From an archaeon (GTDB lineage: Archaea > Iainarchaeota > Iainarchaeia > Iainarchaeales > CSSED10-239), in the NCBI GenBank assembly GCA_035390665.1, contig DAOOUC010000004.1:13480-77479 (forward strand): a DNA stretch of 64,000 nt, read 5' to 3'. Position 1 is the stretch's first letter, and each line of letters starts with the position of its first letter. Below the pieces are notes generated by a model that ran no database searches, was not told where the DNA came from, and was given only the letters and a program-made list of their open reading frames with translations. This document shows, in pieces, positions 18,233 to 28,473 of the stretch. Position numbers and translations under genes: made by a program.

Positions 18233-18296
18233 TTTAATTTTCCTCTAAATTTTTAATTTTCTATGTTTAAATATATTAAATAAGAACAAAAAGTAT

Positions 18297-19223
18297 TTAA
18301 AGATAAATTAAACCAAACAAAAATGCAAGATAAATTAATATTGCAAATATACTGTGAAAATAGTTTATTTTTTTTAAATTTATTATTACTCCAAATAATA
18401 TTATTGAAATTAAATAAAATGGAACAATAAAAAATATTGTTTCTTGAAATATTATTGGGCCAAAAAATCTAGTAATGCTTAATATTCCTAAAGTCTTTAT
18501 TATGTTTGAACTTATTATTGTACTTATTGCTAAATCGATCTCGTCTCTTTTTATTGCAGATATAATCAGTAAAAATTCAGGAATTAAAAGCCCGATTGAG
18601 ACAACAGTTAAAGAAATTATATTAATATTTAGATTAGAAATTTCTGAAAATTTAAATATTGTTGTAATTAAATAATTTGCAGAGAAATAAATAGAAATGA
18701 AACAAATAACAAAAACAATAAAATTAATTACACTAATTTGATTTTCAGGTAAACTGATTTTTTCTGATTTTTCTTTCTTAAACCAAACATATATTGAATA
18801 ACAAATTAATAACAGTACTGAAATTATTGATTCAAATTGAGTATATTTTAAATCAACAATAAAAAATACAAATAAAAATGTAGAAAAAGTTAAGAACAAT
18901 AAATTCAAACTATGTTTTACTTGTAATTCATATTTTCTTTTTAAAAGACCTATCGCAATTATTACAAATAATGTATTAAAAATCAAAGAACCAAAAATTG
19001 CATATATTCCTATATCCGAGAAACCCTTTAATTTAGATAAAACAGATATTGTTAACCCTGCAATATTTGAACTTATTGCAACAAATAGAATTCCAATAAT
19101 AATTGGTGGCAATTTAAGAATCGCGCCTATATTTATTCCTGCTTTAATTAACCAATCAGATGATGTCAATAATATAAAAAAACAAATAAAAAATAAAATA
19201 ATCCAAAGAATTATTTCAAACAT
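18297..19223 (-). CDS. CaCA-family cation antiporter, divergent tandem paralogue
   Basis: 308 aa, same topology, degenerate alpha-repeats (SSNIAGLTIS, LLIPEFLLII). Confidence 0.65.
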   Translation of the reverse strand: MFEIILWIILFFICFFILLTSSDWLIKAGINIGAILKLPPIIIGILFVAISSNIAGLTISVLSKLKGFSDIGIYAIFGSLIFNTLFVIIAIGLLKRKYELQVKHSLNLLFLTFSTFLFVFFIVDLKYTQFESIISVLLLICYSIYVWFKKEKSEKISLPENQISVINFIVFVICFISIYFSANYLITTIFKFSEISNLNINIISLTVVSIGLLIPEFLLIISAIKRDEIDLAISTIISSNIIKTLGILSITRFFGPIIFQETIFFIVPFYLISIILFGVIINLKKINYFHSIFAILIYLAFLFGLIYL

Positions 19224-19229
19224 TTACAT

Positions 19230-19826
19230 TTACCTCATATATGCTTTTGTTATAATTATGTCTTCAATTGGCCAATCTCCATTTCCCTTCTTTGTGGTAG
19301 TCTTTGCATTTTCTATATCAAAAACAATATGCATGCCTTTTATTACTTTCCCAAAAACAGCATATCCTGGATTACTAGGTGTATAATCTAAAAACCCATT
19401 ATCTACTGTATTAATAAAAAACTGACTTGTTGCACTATTAGGTGCATTAGTTCTTGCCATTGCTATTGTTCCAACTGTATTTTTTAAACCATTATTTGAT
19501 TCTAAAACAATTGGAGCTCTTGTTTGTCTTTGTGTTCCATCGGGTGTAAAACCACCACCTTGAACCATAAATCCTTTAATTACTCTGTGAAACACTAATC
19601 CATTATAGTGCCCTGCATTAACATAAGCTATAAAATTACTTGTAGTAATTGGCGCATTTACAGTATCCAATTCTATTTCTATAATACCTTTTGTGGTTTC
19701 TAAAACAACAATATTTGACATTTTCTCCTCTCCTTTATTATTATATTTAATTGCTAAATTTATTATAGCAACCATTAAAATTACAAACAATATACTGAAA
19801 ATTATAATTAAATATTTTTTTTTCAA
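19230..19826 (-). CDS. cyclophilin-type peptidyl-prolyl isomerase with N-terminal membrane anchor/signal
   Basis: FHRVIKGFMVQGG, GTIAMAR, SQFFIN motifs; N-terminal hydrophobic segment; TTG start. Confidence 0.9.
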   Translation of the reverse strand: MKKKYLIIIFSILFVILMVAIINLAIKYNNKGEEKMSNIVVLETTKGIIEIELDTVNAPITTSNFIAYVNAGHYNGLVFHRVIKGFMVQGGGFTPDGTQRQTRAPIVLESNNGLKNTVGTIAMARTNAPNSATSQFFINTVDNGFLDYTPSNPGYAVFGKVIKGMHIVFDIENAKTTTKKGNGDWPIEDIIITKAYMR

Positions 19827-19829
19827 AAT

Positions 19830-20360
19830 TTAACACCCTTCTTTTTTTATTTCTTTTTCTATTTTTTCACAAACAGGGACTAAGTTATTTTGTATAACCG
19901 AGGTTATATTATTTATTAAATCCCCTAATACTTTTTCTGCAATTTCTTCCCATTGTTTTATTTCTTTTTCTAATTTTTCATATTCTTCTTTACTGTTTGC
20001 TCTTGAAATTAAATACATCTTAAGTTCGAAAATAAAATCTTTTATGTGCTCAGATAATTGTATTAATTGATATCTTAATTTAATTGTTTTTTTCGTATCT
20101 TTTATTATTTCTTTTCTTTCTTTTTTTATTTTTTTATATTCCCCTGTGATGTATGGTGCAATATAAACATTAAATCCTTGCCTAATAGAATTAATTATTT
20201 TAGAAAGATCTATTGGCTTTGAAATCTTTTTTTCAGAAACTGGAAAAGCCTTATCAATATCTTTAAGATCCATTTCTATTTTCGGATCAATTTTTTTTAT
20301 TATCCCTATTCTTTTTGGTTTTATTTTTTCTTTATATCTTAACGGCATAACTGGTTTCAC
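19830..20360 (-). CDS. hypothetical K/E-rich coiled-coil protein
   Basis: 176-aa ORF; GTG at 20360 or ATG at 20348; directly downstream of tRNA-Thr on the same strand. Confidence 0.5.
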   Translation of the reverse strand: MKPVMPLRYKEKIKPKRIGIIKKIDPKIEMDLKDIDKAFPVSEKKISKPIDLSKIINSIRQGFNVYIAPYITGEYKKIKKERKEIIKDTKKTIKLRYQLIQLSEHIKDFIFELKMYLISRANSKEEYEKLEKEIKQWEEIAEKVLGDLINNITSVIQNNLVPVCEKIEKEIKKEGC

Positions 20361-20365
20361 ATTTT

Positions 20366-20437
20366 AGCCCCTGATGGGAATTGGACCCACAACCTTTTGC
20401 TTACGAAGCAAATGCTCTACCATTGAGCTACAGAGGC
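20366..20437 (-). tRNA. tRNA-Thr (anticodon CGU)
   Basis: Minus strand GCCTCTG-TA-GCTC-AATGGTA-GAGC-A-TTTGC-TTCGTAA-GCAAA-AGGTT-GTGGG-TCCAATT-CCCAT-CAGGGGC-T. Confidence 0.9.
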
Positions 20438-20450
20438 ATTTGTGGGGAAA

Positions 20451-21965
20451 TCATTTGATTTTTGAAAACTTGGTTTTACCATAATAAAGCTTTTCAAGAC
20501 TTTTTCCTAAAGATTTTATTGAAACTCTCTTTTGTTCTTGAGTGTCTCTGTCCCTTAGTGTTACTGTTTGTTTTTCTAGAGTCTCATGATCAATTGTTAT
20601 ACAATAATTACATCCAATCTCATCAAGACGAGCATACCTCTTACCAATGGAGCCTGCTTCATCATAGAATAGTTCATACTTCTGATGTTCTTCTTTTAAA
20701 GACTTAAAGATTTCTATTGCTTTTTCTGCTAATCCGTCTTTTTTCATTAATGGTAATATTGCAACAAAGTAAGGAGATACTTTTGGATTAAGATGCAAGA
20801 TATTTCTTTCCTCTCCATTTATCTCTTTTGTTTCAAAATTGTTTTCTAAAAGAAGATAGAATAACCTTCCAAGGCCAATTGAGCAAACCTCTAAAACGTG
20901 AGGTTGTATTCTTTTACCGTCTTCTGAAATTGAAAGATCTTTCTTTGAACCTTTACCGTGTGCTAAAAGATCATAATCTGTTCTATAATTTACACAGAAT
21001 AGCTCTACCCATTCTTTTTCTGCCCTTATCTCACAATCAAAGGTTTGTTTAGAATAGAAAGCTCTATCATTATCTGGGACTTCCCTAAATCTTATATTTT
21101 CATGAGAAAATCCTAAGTCTTCTAAAAACTTCTGAGTTATATAAAGGGCATAGGTTATAAGATTTCCACAAGATATATTTTTTTCTGTAATCTTTGAAAT
21201 AGAATAGTCTTTTTCCTCTTTGTCTTTTAATAATTTAAATCTAATTTTATATTTTGAAATAGATTCTAATGGAATAGGTGTTTCATTAATCTTGTCTGAA
21301 TCAAAAAACATCTCTGTTTCTAGTTGTTCAAACTCTCTTCCTCTTAATAATCCGTTTCTTGGAGATATTTCATTTCTATATACTGTTCCATGCTGTGAAA
21401 TAGTCAATGGTAGATTTTTCCTACTTGTTTTATAAATTCTTGAAAAATCTAAAAATATTGATTGACAGGTTTCTCCTCTTAAATAACCAGTGTTACCAGA
21501 TTGTGCACCAACATTAATGCTTGCCATTAAATTAAATCTTTTTATGTCTATTAACTTACCTTTACATTTTGAGCACACTATGTTGTTTTCATTAATTAAT
21601 TTTTCATAATCTTCAATAGACAATTTTTCAGGAACTTCTTTTTCTGTAATTTCAGATATTAATTTATCTAAACGATAAACTTGCTTACATTTTTCACAAG
21701 TAGCTATTGGATCATCAAAATTCCCTAAATGCCCTGAAGCAACAAAAACATCTTTTGGAAGAATAACAGAACCAGATATTTCTAAAAAATCATTCTTTCT
21801 AACAAACTCTTCTCTCCAGAAATTTATAAGATTTATTCTTATTCTGTTACCTATTGGCCCAAACTCATAGAAACCTGCAAAACTATTTGCATAAATCTCT
21901 GCTGATGGAAAATAAAGAGAACGAGTTGCACAAAACTCATTGAATTTTTCTAATCTTGTTGCCAT
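20451..21965 (-). CDS. glyS: glycine--tRNA ligase (archaeal/eukaryotic alpha2 type)
   Basis: FPSAEIYANSFAGFYEFGPIGNRIR, VFVASGHLGNFDDP, class II motifs, C-terminal anticodon-binding domain. Confidence 0.9.
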   Translation of the reverse strand: MATRLEKFNEFCATRSLYFPSAEIYANSFAGFYEFGPIGNRIRINLINFWREEFVRKNDFLEISGSVILPKDVFVASGHLGNFDDPIATCEKCKQVYRLDKLISEITEKEVPEKLSIEDYEKLINENNIVCSKCKGKLIDIKRFNLMASINVGAQSGNTGYLRGETCQSIFLDFSRIYKTSRKNLPLTISQHGTVYRNEISPRNGLLRGREFEQLETEMFFDSDKINETPIPLESISKYKIRFKLLKDKEEKDYSISKITEKNISCGNLITYALYITQKFLEDLGFSHENIRFREVPDNDRAFYSKQTFDCEIRAEKEWVELFCVNYRTDYDLLAHGKGSKKDLSISEDGKRIQPHVLEVCSIGLGRLFYLLLENNFETKEINGEERNILHLNPKVSPYFVAILPLMKKDGLAEKAIEIFKSLKEEHQKYELFYDEAGSIGKRYARLDEIGCNYCITIDHETLEKQTVTLRDRDTQEQKRVSIKSLGKSLEKLYYGKTKFSKIK

Positions 21966-22115
21966 ATTTTCACTATTTCATATTATAAATATTTTGTTTA
22001 CTATATATTTATATAATAATAGAATAAAAACCTATTTAAAAAAGGATTTTTTTATTTTTTATTGGCTATCTGGCAGTAAACACTATTGGGTGCGAGCTGA
22101 CCGAAACCAGCTCTT

Positions 22116-22197
22116 GCAGGGGTTTCCGAGCGGTCAAAGGAGCATGGCTTAGGACCATGTGCTTAGTGCTTCGCAGGTTCGAATCCTGCCCTCTGCA
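22116..22197 (+). tRNA. tRNA-Leu (anticodon UAG)
   Basis: Acceptor GCAGGGG/CCTCTGC, anticodon arm CATGG-CTTAGGA-CCATG, long variable region, T arm GCAGG-TTCGAAT-CCTGC, A73. Confidence 0.9.
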
Positions 22198-22204
22198 ATT
22201 ATTT

Positions 22205-22831
22205 TTATTTGTAGATTGTTCCTGTTTCCATATACCAAAGATAAAGATCAAGTTCTCCAAGAGATAAGTTTGTTTTATTTGCTAATTTTTCTAGTTTTTT
22301 TTCTATTGTCAAATAATTTTCTTTATTTAAATTTTTTGGCTTTTGAATTATTTTATTATCTACTAGAATATCAACAATATGAAAATCAATAATTGCATAA
22401 TCGAAGAAACCGATATTTCTAAGGAAATGACTAGATTCTTTAAAACCAAGACCCTTTATGTTCTTTACAAGCCATTCTCTTTTTTCATATCTGTCTTTTA
22501 TAGAAAAAATTTTTTCTTTAATATCTTCTTTATGTTCTTGCGCAACAAAAATAAAATGAGCCCTAATATTCGGAAATCTGTGACCATGTTGCTTTAGAAT
22601 CCTTGAAAGCTCTTTTTCTGTTCCTGTAAGAAAAACGTCTCCACACTTCTCTTGAATTTCAATTGCTCTTTTAGCATTAAAATTGGCAGTCATCAGACAG
22701 AAACAAAGTTCTTTAAAAATAGCATGATTGCTTTCCTTTTGAAAACTTAAAAATTTTTTCTTCTTCTTCTCTATGTCTTTTCCTAAAGTGGTTTTTTTTA
22801 AATTATTTATTTTAAAAATTAGTGGATTCAT
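22205..22831 (-). CDS. ogg: N-glycosylase/DNA lyase (archaeal Ogg2-type 8-oxoguanine glycosylase)
   Basis: 208 aa; ELCFCLMTANFNAKRA, HhH-GPD-like IKGLGFKESSHFLRNIG, D at AIIDFH. Confidence 0.75.
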   Translation of the reverse strand: MNPLIFKINNLKKTTLGKDIEKKKKKFLSFQKESNHAIFKELCFCLMTANFNAKRAIEIQEKCGDVFLTGTEKELSRILKQHGHRFPNIRAHFIFVAQEHKEDIKEKIFSIKDRYEKREWLVKNIKGLGFKESSHFLRNIGFFDYAIIDFHIVDILVDNKIIQKPKNLNKENYLTIEKKLEKLANKTNLSLGELDLYLWYMETGTIYK

Positions 22832-22870
22832 TGTCGTCCAAGATTTAGTGTTTTTAAGTGAGTTGGAAAT

Positions 22871-23248
22871 CTATAATGATTTCCAAACACCGTGAAGATT
22901 ACAAAGACATCTTGCACTTATCTTATAACCATCGCCTTTAAATTCAGCAACAGGTTCGTCTCCTGGATTCAATTTCTTTACATAGACTGAACCATCAATA
23001 TTGACTTCAATCCATTTTATGTGGTGTTCTGCACTCATTGGATGTGGAATTTCTCCAACTCTTACAACAACACTGTCTCTTGTTTTTTCAATAATTGGAA
23101 TGTGCTTCTCCTTTAACTGTTCATCGCTTGTGTCGTGATGAAGATCCATGTTTTGACCACAACAAACAAGTGTTCCCCCTCCAGCATCAATTACTTCTAC
23201 AACATTTCCACATATTGAACATCTATATATTTCTCCTTTTTTTACCAT
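22871..23248 (-). CDS. dfx: desulfoferrodoxin (2Fe superoxide reductase)
   Basis: Desulforedoxin domain YRCSICGNVVEV...LVCCG plus neelaredoxin domain EKHIPII...HPMSAEHHIKWIE...CNLHGVW. Confidence 0.9.
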   Translation of the reverse strand: MVKKGEIYRCSICGNVVEVIDAGGGTLVCCGQNMDLHHDTSDEQLKEKHIPIIEKTRDSVVVRVGEIPHPMSAEHHIKWIEVNIDGSVYVKKLNPGDEPVAEFKGDGYKISARCLCNLHGVWKSL

Positions 23249-23263
23249 ATGTTATTACCCCCT

Positions 23264-23848
23264 TTAATAATTTTCATCCTGAACTTTAAAATAATTTGTT
23301 GAATGACCGCAAGATGGACACTCTTTTGGTGGTTCTTTTCCTTTGTGCATATATCCACATTTCATACACAACCACACAATTTCTACTTCTTTCTTGAAAA
23401 GTTTATCTTCATTTAAATTTTTTAATAATTTTTTGTATCTTTCTTCGTGATGTTTCTCTGCTATTGCTATTGCTCTTAATTTTCTTGCAATTTCAATAAA
23501 CCCTTCTTTTTCAGCAACATCTGCAAACTCTGGATACATTTCTGTATATTCATGATTTTCTCCAGCAATTGCTGCTTCTAAATGGTCTTTAGTATTTCCA
23601 TAAACTGTTGGAACATCTGCTTCAACTAATATTTCTTTTGTTATATTGTGTTTCTTTTTTAGTTCGTTTATTAAAACAAATAATTGCTTAGCGTGTTCTT
23701 TTTCTTGTTCTGCAGTTTCTGTAAAAATATCTGATATTTGTATTAAGTTTTCCTTTAAAGCAACCTTTGCATAAAAAGTATATCTGTTTCTTGCTTGACA
23801 TTCTCCAACAAATGCCTTTGCTAAATTATCTATGGTTTTTATATCCAT
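23264..23848 (-). CDS. rbr: rubrerythrin
   Basis: Di-iron four-helix motifs ([36 protein letters not shown]) plus C-terminal rubredoxin CMKCG...CPSCGH; ATG at 23848 preceded by GGGGGT. Confidence 0.9.
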   Translation of the reverse strand: MDIKTIDNLAKAFVGECQARNRYTFYAKVALKENLIQISDIFTETAEQEKEHAKQLFVLINELKKKHNITKEILVEADVPTVYGNTKDHLEAAIAGENHEYTEMYPEFADVAEKEGFIEIARKLRAIAIAEKHHEERYKKLLKNLNEDKLFKKEVEIVWLCMKCGYMHKGKEPPKECPSCGHSTNYFKVQDENY

Positions 23849-23945
23849 AATTTTACCCCCATTTATCAATTAGATGTAAATATATATAAAAGCATAAATA
23901 TTAAATATATTGTTATATTATATTTATTGGAATAATATCTTAAAA

Positions 23946-24785
23946 ATGGGAAAAATAATGACAGATAAAATTGTAAATGAAATTACGGATTTAAAATTAA
24001 GATCAGAAAACATCTATAAATCATTTATATACCCTTTACATAAACTTGGAAAATCACAAAGAGTTTATTTTTTAAAAAATCTAAAATTAGAAATCGATGA
24101 GCTATCTAGATCTGTTGGTTCTCTTCTAGGATATTCTTCAATACAATTTTCAAAAGAAATCGAATCAGAAAAAATAAAGAACTTTCAAGAAGTCTTTAGT
24201 GATCTTTCTGGAAAAATACAACAGCAAATTTTCTTTGAAGAACATTCTACTGAAATTGATAATGATTTAGTAAACATCAAGAAAGAAATATCTTTACCTG
24301 AAATTTATTTTAATATAGAACAAATTACAAAAAATCAAATTAATAATCTTATTTTATTCTTAGAGTCTGCAAAAAAACAAATTGAATATAAATACATAGA
24401 TTTAGCTAATAAAAGAAAATCAGTAGAAGAACTTCTTGCCATACTTGATAAGAAAGAAAATTTAATCAAAGAATTAAATCAGAAAATAGATGATTTAAGA
24501 TATTTAGATGCTAAAGAAAAATCGAAAGATTCCAGAATTGCAAATTTAGAAGAAGATTTAATAAAGAGTTATAAGGCTTCAGAACAAGATTTAACTATAT
24601 TTAAATTACACGTCATACAAATAGAAAGAACTTTAGAAGATATAACTAGACAGACAAAACAACTTGTGTCTGATATTAATCATCTAGAAACGAAGATAAT
24701 TGTTAAAGAACAAAATTCTTTAGAATTAATTAAAGAATTAAAAACTGAATTAATTACAAATAAATATTTATTAAATAAGAAGTGA
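23946..24785 (+). CDS. hypothetical cytoplasmic coiled-coil protein, first gene of pilus-like locus
   Basis: ATG at 23946 (listed ORF starts at an upstream TTG); long heptad-rich sequence; stop overlaps or abuts next gene. Confidence 0.5.
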   Translation: MGKIMTDKIVNEITDLKLRSENIYKSFIYPLHKLGKSQRVYFLKNLKLEIDELSRSVGSLLGYSSIQFSKEIESEKIKNFQEVFSDLSGKIQQQIFFEEHSTEIDNDLVNIKKEISLPEIYFNIEQITKNQINNLILFLESAKKQIEYKYIDLANKRKSVEELLAILDKKENLIKELNQKIDDLRYLDAKEKSKDSRIANLEEDLIKSYKASEQDLTIFKLHVIQIERTLEDITRQTKQLVSDINHLETKIIVKEQNSLELIKELKTELITNKYLLNKK

Positions 24786-24790
24786 AAACT

Positions 24791-26287
24791 ATGAGTGAAT
24801 TTGATCCTTTCTCTGGTGGAGGAAATTTTAATAATTACGAATCTAAGCCAAAAAGCAAACCAAATAATTTAAAACCACTTCTAATTAAAGGGATTATTAT
24901 TTTTATAGCTCTTGCTGTTATTGGGATAGGAATATATTATTTATTTTTTAATACAGCAAATATTGATTTTATTGTAAACGACACCGAAGGAAAATCCATA
25001 AATTCTGCACAAATCAAAATAAAAAAAGAAGGAACAACAAAATTTACTACGATTGGAACAGAAGAAATTATAAAACTTAAAAAAAATACAAATTATGTTT
25101 ATAATATAACTGCTCAAGATTTTTCATCAGAAACTAATCTAAAATTAACTCCAACTGCTGATGAGACAATAGAAACCACTTTAGAGAAAAATATTGCTCT
25201 TCAAATCAGTTCAATTACTTGCCCTTCAAAAGTTTTTTTGGGCCAAAAGGTTGTTTGTACTATAAATGTAGAAAATAAAAGTCCAAGTCAAGATTACAAC
25301 ACAGATTTTTTTGTTTTTTCAGGAGATGTTTCTAACTGGGCAGACTTTAAAGATAAATCTTATAAATTTGTTGATCAATATGGAGACGAAATTAGTACTG
25401 CAAGAAAAACAATACTTCCTTTAAGAAATGAAGTTTATTTAGTTAGTTTTAATATCCCAACAGATAAAAAATTAATTGGAAATAAAAAAATTAACATAAG
25501 AATAAAATATAAACTTGAAAAAAAAGAAGCAAGTTTTGAGGTTGCCGATTCCCCAACCGTTACATTTACTTCAGATATATCTAAAATAGAGAAAATGGTT
25601 AGTGGCGAAGAAAAGAAAGCCCCATATTGGGTTGATAATACCAGAAACAATAGCGAAATTACAGATTTAATTTTATCAATTGATGCAAATTATACGAGTG
25701 AATACGATTATAACCTTGATCTAACAAATGCAATTATAAGAGATAGCATTAATATTGGAGTAAATGCTAAAACAAAATATCCTGGGCAAATTACTCTTAA
25801 AATACCTGCAAATGCAAGAGCAGGACAAATCAATGGAAAATTAATATTAAACGGGACCGTTTTCCCAGAACCAAAAACAATTTCATTTACTATAAATATT
25901 GAAGAACCAGAAAATAAATTTTTATTATCTTTAAGTAAATCTGCTGAAGCTTTAGTTTATGATACAAATATCTCTCAAAGTAATGAAAAAATAATTACAA
26001 TTAAAGTAGACAATCAAAATAATCTAAAAGTAAAATTACAAAATATTATTGTAGAAAACTTATCTACAAATAATTGTGAGAAATGGATTACTGTTCCAGA
26101 ATTGTATAATAATTACGACATCCAACCAAAAGAAAAACCAGAAATTCCAATTATATTAAAGGCAAACTCTACAGAAATTTCGGAAATAATTGGAACAAAA
26201 TTATGTGCATTAAAAGTTAATTATGTTAATCCATTCACTAATGAAGAAATTACAAAAATACTTAATTTAACAATAACGGTTGGTTGA
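24791..26287 (+). CDS. membrane-anchored surface protein with Ig/CARDB-like modules
   Basis: One N-terminal TM (LLIKGIIIFIALAVIGIGIYYLFF) then beta-rich ectodomain (DFIVNDTEGKSINSAQIKI; CTINVENKSPSQDYN). Confidence 0.55.
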   Translation: MSEFDPFSGGGNFNNYESKPKSKPNNLKPLLIKGIIIFIALAVIGIGIYYLFFNTANIDFIVNDTEGKSINSAQIKIKKEGTTKFTTIGTEEIIKLKKNTNYVYNITAQDFSSETNLKLTPTADETIETTLEKNIALQISSITCPSKVFLGQKVVCTINVENKSPSQDYNTDFFVFSGDVSNWADFKDKSYKFVDQYGDEISTARKTILPLRNEVYLVSFNIPTDKKLIGNKKINIRIKYKLEKKEASFEVADSPTVTFTSDISKIEKMVSGEEKKAPYWVDNTRNNSEITDLILSIDANYTSEYDYNLDLTNAIIRDSINIGVNAKTKYPGQITLKIPANARAGQINGKLILNGTVFPEPKTISFTINIEEPENKFLLSLSKSAEALVYDTNISQSNEKIITIKVDNQNNLKVKLQNIIVENLSTNNCEKWITVPELYNNYDIQPKEKPEIPIILKANSTEISEIIGTKLCALKVNYVNPFTNEEITKILNLTITVG

Positions 26288-26291
26288 TTAA

Positions 26292-28472
26292 ATGGATTAT
26301 ATTGATTGGATTATTTCAAGTTTTATTTTTTTGTTAATGGTTTCTTTAATTTTAATCTCAATATCTAGTGTGATTCCACTAAATACACAAGACGACTTAT
26401 ATTCTAAAAGTATTTTTTCAGGAGTAACTGAAACTGTGCCAATTTATAATTTTAAATTAGATTCTTTAGATTCTGAAATTTATCCTTATGTTATAGATGT
26501 TAATTCAGCAGCGGGTGTTGGTCAAAATTTATTTTTAATTGATAATAATAAATATTTTAGTGTTATTAAGAATACAAATCAATTTTTTGATTATAATTTT
26601 AATAATCCAACAGATGCAATGGGTATTCTTGTTTTAAAAGAAAATTTTAATGATTTTAATTATTTAGATTCTTTTACTCTTTTACCTGATACAAACATTA
26701 ATGCCGGCATTTTAGAATTAAAAGAACCAACCATAATTACAACAAATTCTGAATTTTATGATTTTTTTGGTTTTGTATCTACAACTAATTCTATTATTGC
26801 TTATGTTAGTTACACAGATGTTAATAATAATTATTTTTGTAGATTTGGAGATTCAACAATAACAATTGGAAAAACAGAAAATGCAATTCAAACCATACTA
26901 CAAACAACTAATTATTCAAAAACAAATGATTGGCACAGGGTTTATTTTGGATATACTAAAGATAATTTAATTATCTGTAATGTAGGAGAAACAGATAGTA
27001 ATTATCAAGATGCAAATATAATTCCTAAAACAAATGTTGTTATTTCTACAATTTACAATAATACTTTAATTGATGATTTTTATATTTATTTAAATAATGA
27101 TATATCTTCTGATTCTAATACCTCTACAGTTAATGGAAACTATTTTGATACAAATATTTCTGATAATCTTGCTACAGTTACTTTAACAGATGCTGGTTTT
27201 TCTGCGATATTGGATTTTAATTTTGATGAAAACTTAATAGTTCCAGATACAAACGGAATTACTTTAATAAAAACAGAAAGTGAAGATAATAAACTAGGAA
27301 TATTTTCACAAAGTAAAGAATTTTGGATATTTAAAGATTCTGATGAAAATATAGAAATAACTTTTGATGAAAATACTGGACTCGATTTAGATATTTCTGA
27401 AATCGAAGACCTTTCTCTTTGGTTAGATGCATCTTCTTTAGAGTTAGAAGATGGAGCGTTAGTAAGCAGTTGGACAGATCTTAGTGGTAATGAAAATCAC
27501 GCAACACAAGACAATGATGGAAATAAGCCTACTTTTAAAACTAATATCTTAAATGGAAAACCAGCAATAAGATTTGGGGGTAATAATTTTCTTAAAACTG
27601 AGGAGTTTAGCACACTTTCACAACCCAATAGTATTTTTTTAGTTTTTGCAGCTATTGAAAATACAGGATATGTTGTAATAGATGGAACAAATGATACAGA
27701 ACGGATTGCCTTTGGATCCTCTGGCCCAACCGCAAATGATGTTACGATATTTGGAGGGGGAGTAGTTAATTCAAATGAAACACTTCCGCAAGATTGGGCC
27801 GTGTGGGGAGGAATATATAATACAACTGATTCTAAAATTATAAAAAATGGTTTAATTAAAAACACCGGAAATGTAGGCACTCAAGATTTAAATGGGGTTA
27901 CTATTGGATGTAGATATAGTCTTACAAGGTTTATGGATGGAAATATTTCAGAAATCTTAATTTATAATTCTGCTCTTTCGGATTCTAATCGCTTACTTAT
28001 AGAAAATTATCTATCTCAAAAATATGATCTCGATGTTGAAAATGGATTGGATTTGAATGGAACATCTGTTGAATTGATAAATCTTAATTCTCCTGATAAA
28101 AAAATACTATTAGAGTTTTTAGATAATGAAACTCTAAGCCCAGTTGATTGTAATTACTCATATAAAAATAAAAAATTAACAATTACTGGTTGCTCTTCGG
28201 ATATCATTATTAAAATAAGATTTAGAAATAACGGAATAATACCAACAAACCAAAAAACAAAAATAACTAAAACAAAAGAAAAAATAATTACTAAAGATAA
28301 ATTTTATTCCTTGTCTGGACAATCTTATTATTTAAAATTATATAATAAAATCTTAAGTTTAGAAAACACAACAAATAGACCAACAACTAAAATATATAAA
28401 AATACAACACAGTATCTTACAGAAAACGGATTCTTAGAGAATGTGTTTGTAGAAATTAAACCTTTTAATTAA
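26292..28472 (+). CDS. membrane-anchored surface protein with LamG-like jelly-roll domain
   Basis: N-terminal TM; LSLWLDASSLELEDGALVSSWTDLSGNENHATQ...NGKPAIRFGG...GNISEILIYNSALSDSNRLLIENYLSQKY is the common Laminin_G_3-type pattern. Confidence 0.7.
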   Translation: MDYIDWIISSFIFLLMVSLILISISSVIPLNTQDDLYSKSIFSGVTETVPIYNFKLDSLDSEIYPYVIDVNSAAGVGQNLFLIDNNKYFSVIKNTNQFFDYNFNNPTDAMGILVLKENFNDFNYLDSFTLLPDTNINAGILELKEPTIITTNSEFYDFFGFVSTTNSIIAYVSYTDVNNNYFCRFGDSTITIGKTENAIQTILQTTNYSKTNDWHRVYFGYTKDNLIICNVGETDSNYQDANIIPKTNVVISTIYNNTLIDDFYIYLNNDISSDSNTSTVNGNYFDTNISDNLATVTLTDAGFSAILDFNFDENLIVPDTNGITLIKTESEDNKLGIFSQSKEFWIFKDSDENIEITFDENTGLDLDISEIEDLSLWLDASSLELEDGALVSSWTDLSGNENHATQDNDGNKPTFKTNILNGKPAIRFGGNNFLKTEEFSTLSQPNSIFLVFAAIENTGYVVIDGTNDTERIAFGSSGPTANDVTIFGGGVVNSNETLPQDWAVWGGIYNTTDSKIIKNGLIKNTGNVGTQDLNGVTIGCRYSLTRFMDGNISEILIYNSALSDSNRLLIENYLSQKYDLDVENGLDLNGTSVELINLNSPDKKILLEFLDNETLSPVDCNYSYKNKKLTITGCSSDIIIKIRFRNNGIIPTNQKTKITKTKEKIITKDKFYSLSGQSYYLKLYNKILSLENTTNRPTTKIYKNTTQYLTENGFLENVFVEIKPFN

Positions 28473-28473
28473 A

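Noticed and set aside
17297-19223. Tandem CaCA antiporter genes as a novel system.
   Set aside because: This is simple tandem paralogy of a common transporter family. The second copy is merely more divergent.
22066-22392. ORFs 22066..22260 (minus), 21940..22152 (plus) and 22159..22392 (plus) around tRNA-Leu, and similarly 14130..14366 over tRNA-Val.
   Set aside because: They read through tRNA genes or through the antisense of ogg. The tRNA cloverleaves explain the GC-rich segments.
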